A program made the translations under genes and the position numbers. Shown piece by piece: positions 57,710 through 64,000 of a stretch of DNA of 64,000 bases. The notes under the pieces are model-generated. The model saw only the letters and a program-made list of their open reading frames with translations. It had not been told where the DNA came from and searched no databases. How positions within the stretch are numbered: position 1 is the stretch's first letter; every line of letters begins with the position of its first letter. Source of the DNA: a virus (Duplodnaviria; Caudoviricetes); IMG/VR virus record IMGVR_UViG_3300045596_000061, positions 1 through 64,000 of that record; one strand, given 5' to 3'.

Positions 57710-59962
57710 TTACTGTTTAAAATCACTTATAATATTAAATTTATTATCATAGTTATCAGTAAAGAATTTATCATTACCTGCATAATTAGGAGGTATTTCA
57801 GTTCTCTCCTTAACATCTCCATTGTACATAATAATTTTTTCCTCTCTATATAACATTAATTGTAAAAGAGACATTATTCTATCTACATTAATTTCAGGAT
57901 TATAAAGAATAAGTTCCTTAATTAATGCCCTGTTCTTTAAGAAGTGAAGATTAGGTAATGTGTACTGTACTGATTCACCATTTTCTTCTTTTTCTACAGT
58001 GACTGGTTTAAGTAACCAATCTCTTATAAGAGTCATACCAAAATTCTTTATAGGTGTAGTTGCAGCTACTCCTTTAGAGCTATTACCAAAAGATGTAGTT
58101 TTAATAAGCTCTCTTTGCCTAAGATATTCAGGAGTATCAGCTAATAGATGTAATGAGTTAAATCTGCTGAAATAAGCAAAAGTATTCTTTTTATTATTTT
58201 CATAAAGAAGTCTTCCATTATAGAATAAACATAGCTTTCTTGCTAATTCATTAAGGTCATCAGCAAACATAGGTCTTCCTGTATATTCAGCTACTATTCT
58301 ATCTGTCCATAAATCAAGTACAAATATAGAACCTAAAGACATAGTTTCTGCACTATCATTTTCATAGTTATCAAGTGATAGTATATATCTCTCATAAGGT
58401 ATTTTATTATTAACCTTTACAGGAAGTTCATATATTTCTAATGCTCCTGTTGATTTATTATCCTTAAGAGGAAAATCTCTTATAGGTTTTTCTGCTGTAG
58501 GTTTAAACTCTACAGTATTATCTTTAGCAAAGAATAACTCACCAACATAAGTATCACTATAAAAATTAGGGTTGTTATCTATCTCTGCAAGTCTTGAATT
58601 AAGCTCGGTAACAGGAAATATGTTTTTCGTATATCTCTGTATAGCTTCCTGTGGAGTAATAGGTATTTCAGCTATTCTCTTAGTAATAGTATTAATATCA
58701 GTACTTCCATATTTAACTTTGTATCTATCCTTAAGAATGTATATTAAAGCTCCTATAACATCACTATTACCATCTTTATCATAATATCCTGCCATATTTA
58801 TATATCCAGGAAAGAAGTAAGTAAAGACACTTCTACTCTGTCCTTCCTTATCATATACATTATTAATGCCTTTAATTCTATATCCATTAGGATTATACAT
58901 AAGTTCCTGTAGAGAACTAAAGTCAGAATCCTTATCACCTGCTGTACCATAAGCATATATAAGACCAAAAGTCTTTTCACCATCTTCCACAGAAGGTCTA
59001 AGTACAGAGAAAAGGTCTCTTAGTCTAGGGAAAGTACCTGCTTCTTCAAGTAGAAAAAGAACACCTCTTGAACCTCTAAGTTTAGACTCATCATCTTTTG
59101 ATGTAATTCCGACTACACTATTCTGTGTTCCTCTTCTTGCACCTGTATCTGAGTCAATATAACCCATAGTCCATTGAAGATTCTGCATTGATGATGTAAT
59201 TCTCTTTGAAGGAAATTGAGTATTAATTGCACAGAAATCTATATAATACTGAAACATATCAAGAATCTGATTAGCCCCATGAATATACTTTTTCTCTGAT
59301 GCAGTAGCAACACACTGTACTTTTACATTTACTTCAGCACTTTCTCCTAATATAAATCTTTTAGCAAGCATAGCTGCTGCATAGTAAGACTTACCTTTAC
59401 CTCTACTTGCAAGTTCAACAGCATGTTTACCTTCATTTCTACATTGCTCAAGATAATGTGATTTAAGATAATGACCTTCCCATACTTTAGGAAATCCTAT
59501 AGCTCTGTTACTTCTATTATTACTTCCCTCTTTAATAAGCTGTATAGGGCAATAATTAAGAAAGAAATAAAAATCACCAGTAATCCATTCACCATCTGAT
59601 GGTCTTATATATCCATCATAGCACCTTCTTATTTCTTCTCTTATCCATTTACCAAACTCACTATTAGGATTACTATTAGGCTTAAGTTTAGTATAGCAGC
59701 CATTTTTCTCAAAGTATATAGCAGATGGTCTAAAGTAATCCATATTCTCTAAAATATGAGGCTTTGTTATATCTATTTTAATTCTTCCTAGTTCATCTCT
59801 GTCAAGGTCTTTTGCATATAATCTATGAGGAGATATAAGACTCTTTATGTAAGGAATATTATTAATACACTCAAAAAACTGTTCCTTTTCTTCACTATTA
59901 AGAGTGTTTATAAGTTCTTCAGTAATTGGTGTCTGACAACTATTTACTTTAATTTCATTCAT
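57710..59962 (-). CDS. terL: terminase large subunit
   Basis: Walker A-like ASRGKGKSY, Walker B LFLLEEAG, RNase H-like LSLD...YENN...DR. Confidence 0.92.
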   Translation of the reverse strand: MNEIKVNSCQTPITEELINTLNSEEKEQFFECINNIPYIKSLISPHRLYAKDLDRDELGRIKIDITKPHILENMDYFRPSAIYFEKNGCYTKLKPNSNPNSEFGKWIREEIRRCYDGYIRPSDGEWITGDFYFFLNYCPIQLIKEGSNNRSNRAIGFPKVWEGHYLKSHYLEQCRNEGKHAVELASRGKGKSYYAAAMLAKRFILGESAEVNVKVQCVATASEKKYIHGANQILDMFQYYIDFCAINTQFPSKRITSSMQNLQWTMGYIDSDTGARRGTQNSVVGITSKDDESKLRGSRGVLFLLEEAGTFPRLRDLFSVLRPSVEDGEKTFGLIYAYGTAGDKDSDFSSLQELMYNPNGYRIKGINNVYDKEGQSRSVFTYFFPGYINMAGYYDKDGNSDVIGALIYILKDRYKVKYGSTDINTITKRIAEIPITPQEAIQRYTKNIFPVTELNSRLAEIDNNPNFYSDTYVGELFFAKDNTVEFKPTAEKPIRDFPLKDNKSTGALEIYELPVKVNNKIPYERYILSLDNYENDSAETMSLGSIFVLDLWTDRIVAEYTGRPMFADDLNELARKLCLFYNGRLLYENNKKNTFAYFSRFNSLHLLADTPEYLRQRELIKTTSFGNSSKGVAATTPIKNFGMTLIRDWLLKPVTVEKEENGESVQYTLPNLHFLKNRALIKELILYNPEINVDRIMSLLQLMLYREEKIIMYNGDVKERTEIPPNYAGNDKFFTDNYDNKFNIISDFKQ

Positions 59963-59973
59963 GTTATAATCAA

Positions 59974-60333
59974 TTATAATGCAGAAGAGTTGTAGTCACT
60001 ATAATCATAATTAACTATTTTTATAATCTCCTTAGAGCTTATAAGATTAAACAGCTCTTTAAGTACAATTCTATCAACTTCTTTCTCTACTTTATCCTTA
60101 TTATCTTCTATACTTCTTGCTACTGCCTGAACTACAAGTACAGGAATTCTTTTCTTATTTACTATAATCCATAGAGTTGTTTTATACCTCTTATAAGCTT
60201 TAAAACTATTATCAGGAATTACTTCTCTCTGAAATACAATATGTTCAACAACTTCAGTGCTGTCTATTCCAAGGTTCTTTCTTGTATTATAAAGAAAATC
60301 TTTAAATGCTTCTGCTAATATACTTAAATCCAT
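59974..60333 (-). CDS. hypothetical protein
   Basis: packed co-directional ORF. Confidence 0.6.
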   Translation of the reverse strand: MDLSILAEAFKDFLYNTRKNLGIDSTEVVEHIVFQREVIPDNSFKAYKRYKTTLWIIVNKKRIPVLVVQAVARSIEDNKDKVEKEVDRIVLKELFNLISSKEIIKIVNYDYSDYNSSAL

Positions 60334-60335
60334 AA

Positions 60336-60887
60336 TTATAATTTTATACCATCATCAAATAATGTTTTCTCCCCTGAACCTCTCATTCTACTACCTGATT
60401 TCATTTCTGTTGTTATTGCTCTTTCTGCATTGTCAAGTTCTTTTATAAGATCAGGTATCTGTTTAATAGTAGAAGTAATTGTATTAAGAGTATAGATAGG
60501 CTTCTCATGGTCATCAGTCTTACTTAAATCTATATCTCTTAATAACTTTCTAAGTTTATCTACTGCAAATCTTGTATCCTCAAGTAGTAATGCTCCTGTA
60601 GACTTAAATGTTTCATAGAATTTCATAGCCTCCTTAATGAGTTTGTCAGGCTTCCATTTATCTGAAAGTCCTTCTCCCTCCATAATAGCTTTCTGTCTTT
60701 CATTTATATCTACAATATACTGATAATCACTTCTTGGGTCTTCCATAAAGTAGATAAATCCAAGTTCTTGAAGAGCAGTACTTTTATTTTTAGATTTATC
60801 TCTATTCCATATATCTTTAAATGGCTTTAATAACAGAGCCTCTTCAGATATTATTACCTTATAACCTTCATATTTAAATAGCTTCAT
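60336..60887 (-). CDS. conserved crAss protein, candidate terminase small subunit
   Basis: size, helical content and position two genes upstream of TerL. Confidence 0.45.
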   Translation of the reverse strand: MKLFKYEGYKVIISEEALLLKPFKDIWNRDKSKNKSTALQELGFIYFMEDPRSDYQYIVDINERQKAIMEGEGLSDKWKPDKLIKEAMKFYETFKSTGALLLEDTRFAVDKLRKLLRDIDLSKTDDHEKPIYTLNTITSTIKQIPDLIKELDNAERAITTEMKSGSRMRGSGEKTLFDDGIKL

Positions 60888-60950
60888 ATATAGGATATTA
60901 AAAATAAAAGCTCAGTAAGAGTAAATCAAACTAAGCTTTTATAATATTAA

Positions 60951-61382
60951 TTAAAGTATTATCTCCTTTTTCCTTGGCTGTATAAGAGTACTCTTGGGCT
61001 TATCTTTTACTTCTTCATAATCTTCTATAACGAAGTTTATGTCTCTGTCTTCAAGTAGTAAATCTTGTTTACCATCTAATTCAATTACATTAAAGCAGTA
61101 CTCTATAATTGGATTATCAGATACTATTCCATCTTTAAGAGTACCATCTTTATGCTTAGTTCTACCATATCTTATAGGGTTAATGCATACAAGGTCTCCT
61201 ACTTTTATACCTCTTACAGAATCCCCAACAGCTATTACTGTCTGATACTCTTTTACATCACCTTTTTGTTTGTTTGCAATTATAAGATTGTTATCAATTA
61301 CATCCTCATCATATCTATCCATTGTAGTTACTAAGGATGTAAACATTGGTTTTATCTTTTTAATTTTTATCATTTTTATCAT
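60951..61382 (-). CDS. GroES/Cpn10-like co-chaperonin
   Basis: IKPMF...VIAVGD.V..IKVGDLV...IELDG...LLLEDRDI. Confidence 0.75.
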   Translation of the reverse strand: MIKMIKIKKIKPMFTSLVTTMDRYDEDVIDNNLIIANKQKGDVKEYQTVIAVGDSVRGIKVGDLVCINPIRYGRTKHKDGTLKDGIVSDNPIIEYCFNVIELDGKQDLLLEDRDINFVIEDYEEVKDKPKSTLIQPRKKEIIL

Positions 61383-61626
61383 ATTTTTTAATTAGAAGTT
61401 CAAGTCTTTTTGTCAATATTGCAAAGTAATTAGTCATAGCTCCTAACTGCATTAGTATTAAATTATATTGCACAAGCCCTACTTTTGATATAAACTTAGA
61501 ATCTTTAATACTTTCATTAATTGCATTTATTTTCTCTTTAAGACTTCTATGTTCCCCTAGCATTCTAATAACAAAATCAGGTACTTCAGGAACTTCTTTA
61601 TTATCTTTATCTCTATTGGGTTTCAT
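61360..61626 (-). CDS. crAss001_48 / T4 Y16Q-like helical protein
   Basis: RM..E...LKEKI.A.......F......Q..L...QL.AM..Y..IL.KR. Confidence 0.6.
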   Translation of the reverse strand: MKPNRDKDNKEVPEVPDFVIRMLGEHRSLKEKINAINESIKDSKFISKVGLVQYNLILMQLGAMTNYFAILTKRLELLIKKYDKNDKN

Positions 61627-61891
61627 TGTTCTTTATCTTTTTAATATATAAAAATCTATTCTTTATTCTTTTATATCTATCATAATTACACATCAACTTA
61701 CCTATTACTGGGATATTAAAGTTAGTTTTGAACTTACTATAATCTTTTTCTGCTATAGTTTCCTTTAAAGGAAGTAACTGTATATTACACTTTATGGATT
61801 TCCAATAATACATATAAGTTTTATATACTATATCCTCAGGTATATTAAGCTCATTAGATACCTTATGTATAATACTTTTTATATCTATCAC
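61613..61891 (-). CDS. HU/IHF-like small DNA-binding protein
   Basis: II.KVS.EL.IP...V...Y...NFNIP.IGKL. Confidence 0.5.
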   Translation of the reverse strand: MIDIKSIIHKVSNELNIPEDIVYKTYMYYWKSIKCNIQLLPLKETIAEKDYSKFKTNFNIPVIGKLMCNYDRYKRIKNRFLYIKKIKNNETQ

Positions 61892-62277
61892 TGCTTTTCA
61901 TTTAAATCAAACAATAATAGTAACTTGAAATTCTTATCTTCAGGGACTATATTAGGTATAAATCTTGGATTAATCTTTCCATCCACTATAACCTTATTCT
62001 TTCTAAGTTTACCCATGATTACTTGAAAGTGAGGAAGAGTTATATTACACTCTTCCCTTACTTTCTTCTTAGTATCTTCACTCATTGTAACTTTATCAAG
62101 AATATTCTGGTCTTGTATTACTTTGCTTAATTTAAACCTATTCTTAACAAAGCTGGTTATTACCTCCATTTCTCTTTCAGTAAGATTATGAAATGGTTCT
62201 AGAAACATAAACCAATATCTGAAGAAGCTATTAGATAAAGAACAAGGTATCCTTACTACATTATTAGCCTTATTCAT
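61888..62277 (-). CDS. putative winged-HTH DNA-binding protein
   Basis: LT.RE..V...K.V.E...I....F......LRK..VI....INP. Confidence 0.5.
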   Translation of the reverse strand: MNKANNVVRIPCSLSNSFFRYWFMFLEPFHNLTEREMEVITSFVKNRFKLSKVIQDQNILDKVTMSEDTKKKVREECNITLPHFQVIMGKLRKNKVIVDGKINPRFIPNIVPEDKNFKLLLLFDLNEKQ

Positions 62278-62288
62278 AGTATATATTT

Positions 62289-62633
62289 CTACTTTTCAGA
62301 ATCTTCCTTGAGGCTGTCTTTATTATCTGCTGCTTCTTCTTTCTTTTCAGGTAAAGTAATTGTCTCTTCAACTTCATTTACACACTTATCAACAAAGTCA
62401 GGATTAAACATACCACTGTACTCAAGTACTTTAAATAAATAGTCAAGTCTTTTAAACATATTACTAAGATTAGCCTCCTGTAACTTTGTATAAAGCTGTC
62501 TTGACTGTTCACTGAGCTGATGAGCTATATTTTCAAGCTGCTCATATGATAATTTCTCCTGCTTCTGATCTGCACTTGGTTTAGCTGTCAGGTTATTCTT
62601 TACTACCTTTAATTTGTTTACTTTCTCTTCCAT
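62289..62633 (-). CDS. conserved coiled-coil protein
   Basis: KLSYEQLE..A.QLS.Q...RLDYLFKV. Confidence 0.6.
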   Translation of the reverse strand: MEEKVNKLKVVKNNLTAKPSADQKQEKLSYEQLENIAHQLSEQSRQLYTKLQEANLSNMFKRLDYLFKVLEYSGMFNPDFVDKCVNEVEETITLPEKKEEAADNKDSLKEDSEK

Positions 62634-62661
62634 TGCTTTATAAATTAAATTATTATTATTA

Positions 62662-62895
62662 TTAAAAACTATCTAAATAATCATGACCATATTTTTCTTT
62701 ATATAGTACTTTCCATTTTTCAATGCTGCATTCACTGATGTCTGTAGAACCACATGAGTCACAGTATATTGAGTCTTCTAATCCTGGTATATCCCTTATC
62801 CTTAATGAAAGACACTTCTTACAATAAAGAACTGGTTCTTTACTAAATTTGCTATCTTTCAATGCCTTAATATCTAAGTTATCTATACTACTCAT
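62662..62895 (-). CDS. zinc-ribbon protein
   Basis: YCKKCLSL...YCDSCGSTD. Confidence 0.7.
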   Translation of the reverse strand: MSSIDNLDIKALKDSKFSKEPVLYCKKCLSLRIRDIPGLEDSIYCDSCGSTDISECSIEKWKVLYKEKYGHDYLDSF

Positions 62896-62920
62896 AAATG
62901 TTTATATATTAAGTGTGTAT

Positions 62921-63103
62921 TTATTGCTTATAATATATAAGTAAAAACCAGTCAGTTTCTTTTAATATAGTTACTACATCCTCATGTTGAATACATTTAT
63001 CATTAGCTTTCTTGAGAAGATCACGTATAGTACTAGCTGTTATAGCACATAAATACTTATGTGTATCCCTCTCCTCATTATATAATTCTTCTTTTTCTTC
63101 CAT
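62921..63103 (-). CDS. hypothetical protein
   Basis: packed co-directional ORF. Confidence 0.55.
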   Translation of the reverse strand: MEEKEELYNEERDTHKYLCAITASTIRDLLKKANDKCIQHEDVVTILKETDWFLLIYYKQ

Positions 63104-63110
63104 AATATAA

Positions 63111-63545
63111 TTAATATAATCTTACATCACAAAGATGAAATAGATAGTCATACTTATTAATATTCTGAATAAATGTTTCACATTCTGATGTAATACCTTT
63201 ATATATAACATCTTCAGGAATCTTACTATAAAAGTCTATAGTAGTTGCTTTAACAGTAGCTATAAAGTCAAAAGCATTAAGGCAGTCACAAGGTATTCCT
63301 TTAACTGCATTAGGTTGCATTTTACCAAGTATTCCCATATAACCTTCAGCAAGACCATCCTGATAATCTGAGATAACCCCTAAGAAATCATCAAGATATA
63401 CATGTATGTTTTTTCTTGGTGCTGCCCAATGAAGATTTTTACATCTGGTTTTAAATCCTTCAAGTCTGTTTATGAATGAAAGAAATAGTTGTGAGCTTCC
63501 TTCTTCTTGTACTCTATCTCCTATAGGAGTAAGTAATGTTTCCAT
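63111..63545 (-). CDS. ferritin/Dps-like protein
   Basis: KNLHW...IH..LDDF......QD.LAE ferroxidase-like motif. Confidence 0.75.
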   Translation of the reverse strand: METLLTPIGDRVQEEGSSQLFLSFINRLEGFKTRCKNLHWAAPRKNIHVYLDDFLGVISDYQDGLAEGYMGILGKMQPNAVKGIPCDCLNAFDFIATVKATTIDFYSKIPEDVIYKGITSECETFIQNINKYDYLFHLCDVRLY

Positions 63546-63593
63546 ATTATTTTAGAGTTTAAAATTAAAATTTATTAGTAACTAAATTAGTAT

Positions 63594-63628
63594 TGCAAAT
63601 ATAAGGGATTATTTTCATACATACAAAT
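63594..63628 (-). promoter_or_regulatory. Bacteroidota-type promoter
   Basis: TTTGTA...TATATTTGCA (box 63603-63596). Confidence 0.75.
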
Positions 63629-63651
63629 AATATGAGTTTATTTAAATTAAA

Positions 63652-63993
63652 TTAACAGTGTTCATGCATATTATCATCAGGCATAGGCTCTTCTGGTTCA
63701 GGCTCTCTATGTATATCATGATTTTCTCTATTCTCATATTTCTCTGACCATGCCTTAGTAATACCTGCTGATGCAAATACTCCTGCAACAGAAGCTATAT
63801 AAGCAGCAAGTCCATGTAAGTCAGTCCTTATAGTATGATTATATACTACTTCAATGATAAGTATTGCAGCTGGTATTAATAATAATATTAATCCTATAAT
63901 AGTTACAGCTATAAGAAAGAAGTTCTTTGAGGAAACTCCTGTATTATTCATTACTAGCTTTTTAATAAAAGAAGCATTACTTGTTTTTGTCAT
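63652..63993 (-). CDS. two-TM holin-like membrane protein
   Basis: SSK.F, two TM helices, charged C-tail. Confidence 0.5.
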   Translation of the reverse strand: MTKTSNASFIKKLVMNNTGVSSKNFFLIAVTIIGLILLLIPAAILIIEVVYNHTIRTDLHGLAAYIASVAGVFASAGITKAWSEKYENRENHDIHREPEPEEPMPDDNMHEHC

Positions 63994-64000
63994 AGTTTCT

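Noticed and set aside
5505-59962. Inteins or self-splicing introns in RNAP, TerL, portal or MCP
   Set aside because: Frames are uninterrupted, sizes are typical, and no intein splice motifs or homing endonuclease ORFs were noticed.
5499-61334. Numerous 60-146 aa ORFs opposite to or nested in long genes
   Set aside because: Shadow frames with biased Ser/Leu/Ile/Phe composition and no motifs.
1-64000. Stop-codon reassignment (TAG or TGA), known in some crAss-like phages
   Set aside because: All core genes are full length in the standard code, and TAA, TAG and TGA all end genes at sensible boundaries.
1-64000. tRNA, rRNA or CRISPR arrays
   Set aside because: Intergenic gaps are short and AT-rich; no cloverleaf or repeat-spacer pattern seen. 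tRNAscan would confirm.

Overview
About 64 kb of an AT-rich crAss-like phage genome (Crassvirales). Gene order and the sizes of the portal (806 aa) and major capsid protein (503 aa) resemble the crAss001/Steigviridae type; this is recalled, not database-checked. The standard genetic code gives intact genes. The + strand (1-18041) holds small accessory genes, thyX, a giant virion RNA polymerase (DFDVD motif) and a second large cargo protein. The - strand (18127-64000) holds the late module: cargo proteins, muzzle, ring and hub proteins, auxiliary and major capsid proteins, scaffold, lysis genes, fibers, portal, TerL, a GroES-like and a Dps-like gene. Late genes are preceded by Bacteroidota-type TAnnTTTG promoters. 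The clearest system is a complete, very compact diversity-generating retroelement (DGR) between portal and fibers: target fiber gene with VR (53984-54085), avd, TR (53388-53486) and RT. All 16 VR/TR substitutions fall at TR adenines, and the VR is one codon longer than the TR. Other leads are a recurring x-[A/S/G]-x-G-G-x-[L/I] motif bracketing domains of probable virion cargo proteins (possible maturation or packaging signal), enzyme domains inserted into the giant injected proteins, near-total CpG avoidance with CpG-richer islands, a PI-PLC-like enzyme, a host-like leader peptide and candidate anti-defence genes. All family assignments come from motifs read by eye; no searches were run.
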